Origin: a virus
Strand: one strand, 5' to 3'
IMG/VR virus record: IMGVR_UViG_3300047174_000111
Coordinates: 32,572-96,571 of that record
Length of the DNA stretch: 64,000 bases
Made by a program: the position numbers and the translations under genes. Within the stretch, counting starts at the first letter, position 1, and every line of letters begins with the position of its first letter. This document shows positions 26,579-36,410 of the stretch, piece by piece. The notes below the pieces were generated by a model. That model was not told where the DNA came from and did not search any database. It was given only the letters and a program-made list of their open reading frames with translations.

Positions 26579-28131
26579 CCCTCTTGAACGCCGCGGCCGC
26601 GCCGCGCACGCTGGTCATTCCGTTGACCAAGATCGACGTCGAGAAGCGCCTCGTCTACGGCGTGGCGGCGGCCGAAATCCGCGACCAGGCCGGCGAGGTG
26701 ATGGATTACGCCTCCGCCAAGCCCGCCTTCGCGAGCTGGTCCAAGTCGTTCGAGGACGCCACCGGCGGCCTGTCAAAGGGCAACCTGCGGGAGATGCACA
26801 ATCCCAAGATGGTCGCCGGCCGGCTCGACCAGCTCGGGTTCGACGATGACGGCAAGCGCATCGAGGTCTGCGCCAAGGTCACCGATGACCAGGCTTGGAA
26901 GAAGTGCCTGGACGGCTGCTACACCGGATTCTCGGTTGGTGGCGGCTACGGCCCAAAGTGGACCGACGACGCCGGCAACAAGCGCTACACGCCGATCGTC
27001 CGCGAGTTGTCGCTTGTGGACAATCCCTGCATCCCGACGGCGCGGTTCGCCGAGCTGGTCAAGGCGCACGGCGTGGTGGAGCAGCTGGAGCTGCGCGGCT
27101 CGCCCCTCACCACGTTCGCCACGGCGTGGGCCGCGCGGCCGCGCACCTTCGCGGAGCAATGGGACGGAAGGCTGCGGAGCTTCGGCGATCTGCACAAGGC
27201 ATGGGACGAGAGCAAGCATCCGCGCGACCATGGCAAATTCGCGAGTGAAGGAGGTTCAAGCGATCGCGACGACGACTATGAGGCGCGACGCTGGCGCGCG
27301 GGCATTATCGGCGGCGTTCTCGGGACAGTTGCGCTGCCTGTACCTTTCCTCGGCACCTATGCTGGCTATAGGCTTGGGCGTGCACTTGTCAGCCGCGGGC
27401 CGGCCGCAGGCCACACCCAGCAAGACTTCGACGATATCGCCCAGCTGGAGGAAATTTCGCGCCAAGAGGATGCTGCCACGGCGCGACGCTACATGCAGGG
27501 GCAGACAGCCCGCGAGCCACGTCCCCAGCAACACAATCCTGGCGGTCAAGCCAGATATCGCGAGCGTCCGCTTCCGCCCAACTCCAGGGCCCAGAACGCA
27601 ACCCGGCTCAGCGGCAAACAACTTGCCGTGCCGGTGACGAGAGCGCACCCAGTGCAGACGCAGGCCAGCATGCCGGGTCGGCGACTTCCGCCGAACGACG
27701 AGGGCCACGAAGACGGCGCTCCGTTCCGTGCCTCGACCGGCGCGCGCGGTCCGATGGCGGCGCAGATGCCTCGAACGCAGCAGCACGACACGGGGCAATC
27801 CGCCTCGAATCCTGCGCGTCCGCTGCCGCGCAACGATCTTGGGAAGAACTGGGCCGGATGGCTGGGCGCACAGGCTGTGTCAACTGTCGTGCCGGGCACG
27901 ACAACGCTCGGGGTTTACCGGAGCTTCGGGGGTGGAAAGGGACGCAATCCCTCTCGGCGTATCAAACAGCCGAAGGCGCCGGCAGCTCAAACCGATACCT
28001 CAGCCCCTCCTGCAGACACAAGCGGCGGCACCGACCAGCAGCGCGCGGGCTACCAGAGGTTCCAGCAGACGCAGCGTTCTGTTCGGAGCGCCTTCGGTAT
28101 GCGCACGAAGGGGTGGGGCGCGCCATCGTGA
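26575..28131 (+). CDS. XkdF/HK97-type prohead protease with C-terminal cargo extension
   Basis: KID.EKRLVYG...NLREMH...YTGFSVGG...ELSLVDNP; ~330 extra residues follow. Confidence 0.85.
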   Translation: MTLLNAAAAPRTLVIPLTKIDVEKRLVYGVAAAEIRDQAGEVMDYASAKPAFASWSKSFEDATGGLSKGNLREMHNPKMVAGRLDQLGFDDDGKRIEVCAKVTDDQAWKKCLDGCYTGFSVGGGYGPKWTDDAGNKRYTPIVRELSLVDNPCIPTARFAELVKAHGVVEQLELRGSPLTTFATAWAARPRTFAEQWDGRLRSFGDLHKAWDESKHPRDHGKFASEGGSSDRDDDYEARRWRAGIIGGVLGTVALPVPFLGTYAGYRLGRALVSRGPAAGHTQQDFDDIAQLEEISRQEDAATARRYMQGQTAREPRPQQHNPGGQARYRERPLPPNSRAQNATRLSGKQLAVPVTRAHPVQTQASMPGRRLPPNDEGHEDGAPFRASTGARGPMAAQMPRTQQHDTGQSASNPARPLPRNDLGKNWAGWLGAQAVSTVVPGTTTLGVYRSFGGGKGRNPSRRIKQPKAPAAQTDTSAPPADTSGGTDQQRAGYQRFQQTQRSVRSAFGMRTKGWGAPS

Positions 28132-28154
28132 CCATGTTCGGGGTCATCATCTGA

Positions 28155-31100
28155 ATGCCGCGTCCTCACTTCGACGCCACGCTGATCGGTGAGCTGCGCA
28201 ACCGCGTGGTCGCGCACAACCAGCGCACGCCCTCCGCACTGGCCAAGCTCGGCCATGTGAAGCGCATCTACGAGAAGGCCTACAGCGGCCCGACGCCGCA
28301 CGAGCGCGCGCTGGCCAAAGTCGATGCCCACCTGAATGACCTGGCCAAGGCCGGAGAGTTCGACGATGCAGAGCATCCGCGCGGCGCCCACGGTCGCTTC
28401 TCTCGCACCGCTGCGGCCAAGCCGGGCGTCTCCATCCCGCTGCCGGCGACGCAGGATGAGCATCAGAAACTCCAGCAGACGAACGCAGGCTATCGCGCGC
28501 TGACCACGGATCTGCTCCCGACGCGCCACAACGAGATCATCGGCGGCGTCGTCCGCGATGTCGGTTCCGCGGCGGCTGGAGGCCTTCTCGTTGCCGGCCT
28601 GCTGCGCGGTCGTCCCGGCGGCGCAGTGCGGCGCGGCGCGCGCTGGATCGGCGGCATGGCAGGGAAATATGGCCTCGGTATTCCCGTCTCTCTGACAGCG
28701 CATGGGCTGACAGCCGGCGCGGGCGTCACGCGCGCCGCGATCGCACGCGGTCGGGGCAGGCCTGCACCACCTGATCCGAGCCACGACCTGGCGGCACGGA
28801 TCAGCGAATGGTTCGGCGCTCATGGTCAGCGGATCGGTGCCGCAACGGCCGACCTCAGCATGGGCGCCGCTTCAGCTGCGGCGCGGGCCGCGGTTCACGT
28901 CGCCGGCTCGACAGCGCGAACTCCCGGACAAGCGCGCCTCCGCCGCGTCGGCGCCGCGGCTGCGCTGGCAGCGGTTCCAGCGCTGGCGATCCGAAGCAAG
29001 ATCGAGGACACGCAATTGGACCCCGCCGTCATCGGCCGCAACATCGACGCCTACTCGTATCGCTCGGTCCAGAAACTGGCCGGGGACCCAAACGCCGAGG
29101 ATCTGCTCAAGGCGAGCTTCCTGCGATATCCCTATGTCGGCGGCGTGGCGCGCGCGGTCCGCACCGGCGCCGCTGCGGTGGGCGGAGCCGCGGCCGGCGC
29201 ACTGGCAGGCTTTGGGATTCACGCCGCGACGGGTGCCGGCGATCACGCGCGGGGCAACCCCAACCACGACGCGCGCGGCAGGTTCACGTCGCGTGACGCC
29301 GCCGTCTCGGGGGGCGCGCTTCTGGGCGGCGCTGCGGCCGGGCTGGGCGTCTATGCGGCGCTGCGAAGCCACAACACCGCCCAGCTAAGCCGCGCTCTGG
29401 CGAGGAGCAGCACCAAGCTGGCCCGCAAGCTGGCGGCGGTTCGGTCGGAAACCGGCATCGGCTCAGTGCCGAAAATGATCGCGGAACGGGACGCGCGTGT
29501 TCGCGAGATGATGGACGAGGAGCCCTTTGCTTCTCGGCTCAAGGACGCGGGTGCCAGCCTGCAGGAGCCGTCGGGAGAGTTCCGGGTGGTCAATGCCAAG
29601 GCGTACACCCGGGCGAAGGTAAACGACCACCTTGCCTCCAAGCTGAGCCAGATCGACGAGTTTGCAATCCCCAATGAGGTGAGCGGCGCGTCGAAGTCGA
29701 TGCGCGACCTGCGCGCCAAGGCTCGGACCCACGTCGATCCGGACATTGTCGCAAAACAGAAGGTCCTCGAATTCGTCGCTTCGGCCACGCCGAAGGAATT
29801 CCACGACGCGCTGGCGACCGTGCCGGACGAAAAGGTGCGCCAGGAGATCGGCTCGATCTTCGATAAGCGTCAGGAATGGATCAACGCCGTCGATGACCAA
29901 ATCGCCGCCCATCATGAAGCCATTGCGCAAGCCGAAGCCGAAGTCAAAAAAACGAGCCAGAGAGCGGCGGACGCGCAGGTCGCAGCAGACAAAGCGAGCG
30001 CCGCTCACGAAGCCGCCGAAGGAAAAGCCAAAGCAGCGGCCAAGAAGCGCTTCGACGCCGCCGATAAGGCTTTCGACGACGCCGACGAGGCTCACCAAAC
30101 CGCCATCAGCCGTCTGGACGATCTGAAGAAGCAGCCGACCGGCGTGAGGTTGCCCAAGGAGCTGGGCGGCGCCGCCGTCCCGAAGCCGTCCCGCGAAGCG
30201 ACGGAGCGGAGCCGATCGTCGATCATTGAGGCCGTACGGAGCGACGCCCGGAAGAAGGCCGACAAGGAGATCGCTGATGCGCGCGATGCGCAGGAGCGCG
30301 ACATCGTTCATCGGCACAGCCGCGCGGTGGCCGCGCATACACACATGACGCACTCCTCCGGCGCCGCGGTACCCGACCAGGCCGCGGCCGAGGCGCGCGC
30401 CGTCGCGGCAGCCTCGGTCGCGCATGAGCAGGCCCGCGACGCGCTGAACACGGCGCACCGCAACCTGATCGAGACGCAGCAGCGTCACGACGCCCACGTC
30501 TCGATCACGCCGCTGCCGAGCCAGCGCAAGGACCACACCGCCGCGACGAAGGCCCTCAAGGCGCAGATCAAGCAGCACCAGGCCGATCTGAAAGCCGCCC
30601 ATGCCGCGGTCAGCACGACAAGCGCGGATGTGACCGGCGCTGTGCAGGCGATGGAGCGCCAGATGCGCGTCGCCGCGGCGTCGACGGGCGGACCACGCCT
30701 GCCCCGCCAGATGATCGGCGATCTGAGGCTTGAAGTGATGCGCGCGGCGCGCGCCGCAGCCTCGCCGGTGGATGCTTTCATCCGGTCACCCTCAGCGGCG
30801 GCCTTGAAGCAGTTCGCCTCGTCGGCGATCGGCCTCGCCGGCGCAACCGCCGCTGCGACCGGGGAAGGCATCAAGGAGACCGCGAAGAAAGCATTCCTGA
30901 CAGAGGACGGGTCAGCGCTGCATCCCGGCAAGGCGATCGCCTCTATCGGCGTGGCCACGGCCGCGACCGACGCGATCCTGGACCACGGCGCGCATATCCG
31001 CCGGGCCCTGTTCGGCTCCGACGAGGAGAAAGAGTCGGCCAAGCCGCTCAAGGCCCCCAAGGGGTTCCGGACCGAACACAAGGTGCATCCCATCACCGGC

Positions 31101-33188
31101 GCGGGCTATATCGCGGTCCACGCGCCCGACCCCGACAACAAGGGCGAGCGTCTGGTGGTTTACGGCGAGCACTACAAGAACGATGGGTCGACGACACCTC
31201 TCCGCGCCGGTTCGACGCTATCGGATGTGCGTCGCGCGGTTGCCGATTATGAACAGAAATACCAGCAGCAGCGCCCGCAGAACCAGAACGCGCCCAGCAG
31301 CAGCACGATCGGGGGCGCGACGAGCGGCCCGCGCGAGCTGCGTGATGCGCAGAACCTGGAGCCGAACCGCAAGGCCCTGATCGACAAGACCGTGGCCGCG
31401 CTCAAGGGCACGCAGGGCGGCCTGCAGACGCTGCGCGCTGGGCAGGACGGGCCAGAGATGCAGTTCCGTGGCGACGGATCGAACGACAAGGAGCACAACG
31501 ACGCGGCGGGCCAGTTCGTCGCGCATCTCCGCGACAAGCATCTCGCGTCCGGCGCGCCCCAGGGACAGGCGGTTCACAAGGCGCTCGACACGCTGTTCTC
31601 CAATGAAGGCCGCGTCCTGACCCGCAAGCAGGCGTTCGCCCAGCTGACCGGCTACACCAAAGAGGGTCAGGACCGGAACAAGCCGTCGATCCTGACGAAG
31701 CGGCCCGGGTTCGGATCGGCCGACAAAGCCGAGGTCGGCGCCGCGCTGAACGCCGAGATCGACCGCATCGTCAAGGACGCGGCGCCCAGGGATGACCGAG
31801 AGAAGGGCGCACTGCATCTCGCTGCATCGGTGATCGGCGTAGAGAAGCAGCTTCCCGACGACGTGATGCAGGCGGTCCACGCCAAGATCCGCGGCTCAAC
31901 GCCGACGACGGGTCCGGCCGAGACGGCGGGGGCAAGCAGCTCCGGCATCGCGGCGCCCAAGGCGCAGCCAGCCGGGCCGATCGCGAAGGAGCCGGACAGC
32001 ACCGACCCGGACAAGCTGGTCGAGAACGAGAACCCGCCGCATTTCGTGGCGAGCCAGCTTCGTGATTACGCGGAGGGTGAGGCGCGCGCGCTGCGCACCG
32101 ATCTGCGCCTGCGTCAGGCTGACCAGGCGGAAATCCTCATCCCGGCGATCGAGCATCTCGCGCGCGTCGTGGGCCACAGCCATGGGCTGGACGAGCAGAC
32201 CGCAGCGCGGGTCGCGGCGGACACGTTCCGCGCCACGGCCGCGGGCGGGGACTGGAACCGCGTTATGACGGCCGATGAGATCGCGAAGGGCAACCTGAAC
32301 ACGTTCCGCTACACGCTGCGGCGCAAGGCTGACGCCGAGAAGCTGAAGATGGAGGCCAACAAGTCCGCCGGGGCTGTGCCGCTCGGTAAGCTGCTCGACG
32401 ATCTCGACGCGCTGGCCAAGGCGTTCGACGGTGGAGATTTCAATCCAGATTTGCACCCACGGTTGGCCGCTGGTGAGCAGGGAGGTGGCGAGTTTGCTCC
32501 AAAGGGCGGTCATGGCGCTGGGGGTTTGGCGGGGCGGATCAGACAAGGGGCTGTCGAGGGATCGACCGATATCGTTGACAAGCAGGCCGCAGCTGCTGCG
32601 CGTGGCACCAGCCGCAAGGCGGTGCCGTGGTACAGTCCCGGCCGCGCAATCCCCGATGCCGGCAATGCGCTTGGAGGTGCATTCGCCTATGCCGGCGCCG
32701 AGAAGGCGATGCAGATCGCCGAGCGCTTCCTGCCGGCACCCTTGCGCACGGCCGCCGAGGTTGCGAGCGCGCCGGGATTGGTGGGCGGCGTCAAGGCGGC
32801 GCTCGGATTGGGCTTCAAGGGCGCCATCAAAGAGGGCGCGAAGGCAGCCGCGAAAACAGGGTTGGTCGGCGGTGCATCCGTCGCCGGCGGAACGCTGGGC
32901 GCCTTAGTAGGCACGAAACTGGTCGGCCACGAAGCGCCCGCCCCCGCCTACCACGACTCAGGCGAGGCGTTGGCCGAGAGCGCCGGGTCGCTCGCCGGCA
33001 GTTTCGCCGGCAGCGCCGCCGCGCTCGTGCCGGGCCCCGGCTGGCTAGTGGCGCCGACGCTCAGTGCCGCCGGCAGCTACGCGGGCGGTTTGGTGGCGCG
33101 CGGCGCGTACGACTGGTTCAAGGGCTACGACCAGAAGACCGTCGCGCGCGTCGCGCGCCGTTACGCCAAGCCTGCGACCAACCCATGA
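28155..33188 (+). CDS. 1677-aa putative internal virion polyprotein
   Basis: between protease and scaffold; three HPR/HD..G[RE]F peptides, LxK|A sites, glycine zippers, coiled coils. Confidence 0.75.
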   Translation: MPRPHFDATLIGELRNRVVAHNQRTPSALAKLGHVKRIYEKAYSGPTPHERALAKVDAHLNDLAKAGEFDDAEHPRGAHGRFSRTAAAKPGVSIPLPATQDEHQKLQQTNAGYRALTTDLLPTRHNEIIGGVVRDVGSAAAGGLLVAGLLRGRPGGAVRRGARWIGGMAGKYGLGIPVSLTAHGLTAGAGVTRAAIARGRGRPAPPDPSHDLAARISEWFGAHGQRIGAATADLSMGAASAAARAAVHVAGSTARTPGQARLRRVGAAAALAAVPALAIRSKIEDTQLDPAVIGRNIDAYSYRSVQKLAGDPNAEDLLKASFLRYPYVGGVARAVRTGAAAVGGAAAGALAGFGIHAATGAGDHARGNPNHDARGRFTSRDAAVSGGALLGGAAAGLGVYAALRSHNTAQLSRALARSSTKLARKLAAVRSETGIGSVPKMIAERDARVREMMDEEPFASRLKDAGASLQEPSGEFRVVNAKAYTRAKVNDHLASKLSQIDEFAIPNEVSGASKSMRDLRAKARTHVDPDIVAKQKVLEFVASATPKEFHDALATVPDEKVRQEIGSIFDKRQEWINAVDDQIAAHHEAIAQAEAEVKKTSQRAADAQVAADKASAAHEAAEGKAKAAAKKRFDAADKAFDDADEAHQTAISRLDDLKKQPTGVRLPKELGGAAVPKPSREATERSRSSIIEAVRSDARKKADKEIADARDAQERDIVHRHSRAVAAHTHMTHSSGAAVPDQAAAEARAVAAASVAHEQARDALNTAHRNLIETQQRHDAHVSITPLPSQRKDHTAATKALKAQIKQHQADLKAAHAAVSTTSADVTGAVQAMERQMRVAAASTGGPRLPRQMIGDLRLEVMRAARAAASPVDAFIRSPSAAALKQFASSAIGLAGATAAATGEGIKETAKKAFLTEDGSALHPGKAIASIGVATAATDAILDHGAHIRRALFGSDEEKESAKPLKAPKGFRTEHKVHPITGAGYIAVHAPDPDNKGERLVVYGEHYKNDGSTTPLRAGSTLSDVRRAVADYEQKYQQQRPQNQNAPSSSTIGGATSGPRELRDAQNLEPNRKALIDKTVAALKGTQGGLQTLRAGQDGPEMQFRGDGSNDKEHNDAAGQFVAHLRDKHLASGAPQGQAVHKALDTLFSNEGRVLTRKQAFAQLTGYTKEGQDRNKPSILTKRPGFGSADKAEVGAALNAEIDRIVKDAAPRDDREKGALHLAASVIGVEKQLPDDVMQAVHAKIRGSTPTTGPAETAGASSSGIAAPKAQPAGPIAKEPDSTDPDKLVENENPPHFVASQLRDYAEGEARALRTDLRLRQADQAEILIPAIEHLARVVGHSHGLDEQTAARVAADTFRATAAGGDWNRVMTADEIAKGNLNTFRYTLRRKADAEKLKMEANKSAGAVPLGKLLDDLDALAKAFDGGDFNPDLHPRLAAGEQGGGEFAPKGGHGAGGLAGRIRQGAVEGSTDIVDKQAAAAARGTSRKAVPWYSPGRAIPDAGNALGGAFAYAGAEKAMQIAERFLPAPLRTAAEVASAPGLVGGVKAALGLGFKGAIKEGAKAAAKTGLVGGASVAGGTLGALVGTKLVGHEAPAPAYHDSGEALAESAGSLAGSFAGSAAALVPGPGWLVAPTLSAAGSYAGGLVARGAYDWFKGYDQKTVARVARRYAKPATNP

Positions 33189-34729
33189 GCGACAGCGCCG
33201 GCAGCGCGCCGACCTTCACCGAGTCCGCGAATCCCACCGCGGGGCTGCAGCCCTATGACATCGAGCGTGGGACCAAGAACCTCTATCCAGGCCCGCGTGT
33301 CGGGCGCTTCCGGCACGCCGGCAAGCGCAGGCGCGGCCACATGCGCAAAGGAACAGACATGGACGCCATCGAGGCGATGGTCGGCACGCTCTCGACCAGC
33401 GTTGCAGACCTGATCCGAGCCAACCCGCCGAACATCGACGAGCTGCTCGAAAAGAATTTCGGCGAGTTCAAGGCCGTCCTGACAGACCAGATCGGCAACA
33501 ACGTCGCTGAGCAGATCGAGCTTGCCAAGGCCGATATGCCGATCCTCGAGGAACCACTCTACAAGGGCCTTGGCTGCGTCGGCCGCGTCGCGAACCTCGT
33601 GTCGTCCATCGTCTCCCAGGTCCAGGCGCTTCGCGAGGGGGGCGACTACTACAGGCGCGACGACGACAAGGACCCGGCCAGCGAAGACGTCGCCACGATG
33701 CTGGATCACCTCGTCGATCTCGCCACGCTGACCCTGCGCGCCGCCGTCAACGAGCACGTCGGCGTGGCCGATGACGACGACATGGAAAATCCGCCCGACG
33801 GCATGCATCTGATCCTGCTGCCAACGGCCGAGGATCCCGACAACGAGGATGATGGCGTGGTTGTGAAGACAGCGCTGCCGGAGGACTTGGCCAAGTTCGC
33901 GCTCGACCCGGGCCTGATCGGCCAGGGCATCGTCCAGATCGGCGCCGGGCTGATGCTCGACGGCGGAGTGCCGGAGCAGACGCTGTCCAAGCTGTTCGAG
34001 ATCGACTCCGACCCCCTGCGGAAGAACTTCCCGCCCAAGAAACCGGCCGCGTCAGGTTCGTCCGGCAGCAATGCGCCGGCCGATCCCTCGATCGATCCTG
34101 GCGCGTCCACCGGCTCGGCCGCGCCGCCGGATGACTCCGGCGATGGTATGGACGATGCCGGCAGCGACGACGGCTCGGGCGACAACCCGCTCACCGTGCT
34201 GGGCCGCATTCTCGCCGCCGCGATGATCCAGCTGGACCACATCCAGCAAATCGTCGACGGCCCCGATGCGGACGACGGTCAGGACATGGACGACGGTTCG
34301 GAGCAGGACAGCGCGGGCAATCCGACCATGGCGATGGGCAACCCGTCGATGGGCAAGTCGGTTCAGCAGGGCGGTCTGTCCAAGGCCGCTTCGGCGGCCG
34401 CTTCGCCTCCCGCGGCCCCCGCGCAGCAGCCGCTGGTCGACGATCTCCAGAAGCAGGTCAACGACCTCAAAGGCCAGCTCGCCAAGCTGCTGGCGCAACC
34501 GGCGCCGCCCAAGGGCATCGCCAACCCGGTCGTGCTGAGCAAGACGCTCGACACCGGCGGCATGCCGCCCAGCGAGGAGGCGGAGCTGCAGAAACTGGCC
34601 GCTCAGATCGACCGTCTCCCGGTCGAGCAACGCCAAGCGGCGATGGCTCAGGAGCTGATCAAGATGCAGCTTCGCAAACCGCAGCCCGCGACCGGCGCCG
34701 GTGCGCTGAGCGGCACCATCGCGCGCTGA
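33185..34729 (+). CDS. acidic scaffold-like head protein (alternative start 33359)
   Basis: Asp-rich, C-terminal coiled coil + QPAPPKG, directly upstream of capsid gene. Confidence 0.7.
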   Translation: MSDSAGSAPTFTESANPTAGLQPYDIERGTKNLYPGPRVGRFRHAGKRRRGHMRKGTDMDAIEAMVGTLSTSVADLIRANPPNIDELLEKNFGEFKAVLTDQIGNNVAEQIELAKADMPILEEPLYKGLGCVGRVANLVSSIVSQVQALREGGDYYRRDDDKDPASEDVATMLDHLVDLATLTLRAAVNEHVGVADDDDMENPPDGMHLILLPTAEDPDNEDDGVVVKTALPEDLAKFALDPGLIGQGIVQIGAGLMLDGGVPEQTLSKLFEIDSDPLRKNFPPKKPAASGSSGSNAPADPSIDPGASTGSAAPPDDSGDGMDDAGSDDGSGDNPLTVLGRILAAAMIQLDHIQQIVDGPDADDGQDMDDGSEQDSAGNPTMAMGNPSMGKSVQQGGLSKAASAAASPPAAPAQQPLVDDLQKQVNDLKGQLAKLLAQPAPPKGIANPVVLSKTLDTGGMPPSEEAELQKLAAQIDRLPVEQRQAAMAQELIKMQLRKPQPATGAGALSGTIAR

Positions 34730-34893
34730 TTTTTCTGAAATGACGTGTTGACAGGGGGACTGAACCACCGGCCGTCCCCCTGTCGTGGACCGAAAACACA
34801 TCGGGACCACATCGCGCCGACCACCTGACCGCCGGTTGCGCAGCCGGCCATGGCCCCAAACCGCCGCTGGGCCGCGGCTGCGCTGACGACACG

Positions 34894-36399
34894 GTGAACA
34901 ACGTGGATACTTCCGCGACGCTCGACATCCTGCGGGAAGCTCTTGCCAAAGCCGCCGATCCGGTGGAACTTGCCAAGGCGGCGACCTTCGTCCAATCGGT
35001 CACGCCGACCGTCGGTCTGCAGCTCTATGACCTCGAACCGGCCGCGAAGAATCTCTACCCGGTCCTGACGCCGCTGCGGAATCGCATCCCGCGCGTCTCG
35101 GGCAAGGGAGGATCGCAGGCGAACTGGAAGGGCGTCACCGGCATCGACACCGGCTCCATCTTCGCCGGTGTGACCGAAGGCCGACGTGGCGCACTCATCT
35201 CCGTTGCGACGAAGGAATACTTCGCCGCGTATCGGACGATCGGCTCCGAGGCGTCGGTCACCTTCGAGGCCGATCTGGCCGCGGGCGATTTCGACAATCT
35301 GCGCAGCCGCGCCTCGATGTCGAACCTGCAAGCGCTGATGATCGCCGAGGAGAAGATCATCCTCAGCGGCAACACGACGTATCAGCTCGGCCAGACCCCA
35401 ACGCCCGTCTGCGTCGCGGCCAACACCGGCGGAGCACTCGCGGCGAGCACCACCTTCTCGGTCATCTGCGTCGCCCTGACCACGCTGGGCAAGGCGACGG
35501 CAACCGTGGCGACCGGCGTGGTCGGCGTGACGACCCGTCAGACAGCCGACGGTTTCACCGATACGTACAATGGCGGCTCGGCCATCAAGAGCGCCAACGG
35601 CACGGTCGCGACCGCCGCTGGGACCGCGACCAACTCCGTCGCGGCCGCGGTCACGCCCGTCCGCGGCGCGTTCGCCTACGCTTGGTTCTGGGGCGCGGTC
35701 GGCTCCGAGGTGCTGGGCGCGATCACCAACGTCGCCAACTACACCATCACGGGTGCTGCGACGGGCACACAGACGGCCGCGTCGCTGCCGGCGCTGGACT
35801 GCTCGACCAACTCGCTGGTGTTCGATGGCCTGCTGTCGATCGCATCGGGCTCGACGAACGGCGGCTACTACTATGCGGCGGCTCCGGGTGCCGGCCTCAC
35901 GCCGGACAACTCGGGCGGCATCATCGAGTTCGACACGGCGCTGCAGTGGTTCTGGGACAATCTGCGTCTCGCCCCGAGCCGCATCATCCTGTCGAGCCAG
36001 GAGATGACGTGGATCCGCCGCGCCATCCTGACCGGCAACGCCGCGACGCCGTCGAACGCCCGCTTCACGTTCTCGATGCAGCAGGGTCAGATCGTCGGCG
36101 GTGGTGCGCCCAAGGGCTACATCAACACCTTTGCCGCGGGCGGGGCGCCGGCCGAGATCCCGTTCGAGCTGCATCCCTACATGCCGCCCGGCAACGTCCT
36201 CTTCCTGACCGAGGACCTGCCCTACCCGATGAACAACGTCACGAACGTGATGCAGATCAAGGCGCGGCGCGACTATTACCAGATTGACTGGCCCCAGATC
36301 ACGCGCCAGTACCAGTACGGCGTCTACTCGGACGAAGTGCTGCAGCACTACTTCCCGCCGAGCATGGGGCTCATCACCAACCTGTCGCCCGTTCTGTAG
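34894..36399 (+). CDS. major capsid protein
   Basis: propeptide LAKA..LAKA; YDLE..AK.LYP..TPLRNRIPR; C-terminal RRDYYQIDWP...Y..GVY..EVL..Y.P..G.ITN; position. Confidence 0.85.
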   Translation: MNNVDTSATLDILREALAKAADPVELAKAATFVQSVTPTVGLQLYDLEPAAKNLYPVLTPLRNRIPRVSGKGGSQANWKGVTGIDTGSIFAGVTEGRRGALISVATKEYFAAYRTIGSEASVTFEADLAAGDFDNLRSRASMSNLQALMIAEEKIILSGNTTYQLGQTPTPVCVAANTGGALAASTTFSVICVALTTLGKATATVATGVVGVTTRQTADGFTDTYNGGSAIKSANGTVATAAGTATNSVAAAVTPVRGAFAYAWFWGAVGSEVLGAITNVANYTITGAATGTQTAASLPALDCSTNSLVFDGLLSIASGSTNGGYYYAAAPGAGLTPDNSGGIIEFDTALQWFWDNLRLAPSRIILSSQEMTWIRRAILTGNAATPSNARFTFSMQQGQIVGGGAPKGYINTFAAGGAPAEIPFELHPYMPPGNVLFLTEDLPYPMNNVTNVMQIKARRDYYQIDWPQITRQYQYGVYSDEVLQHYFPPSMGLITNLSPVL

Positions 36400-36410
36400 T
36401 CGCCTCGACT

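Noticed and set aside
17009-33188. Known toxin domains (ART, nuclease, deaminase) on MuF or cargo proteins
   Set aside because: No catalytic motif recognisable by eye; needs profile search
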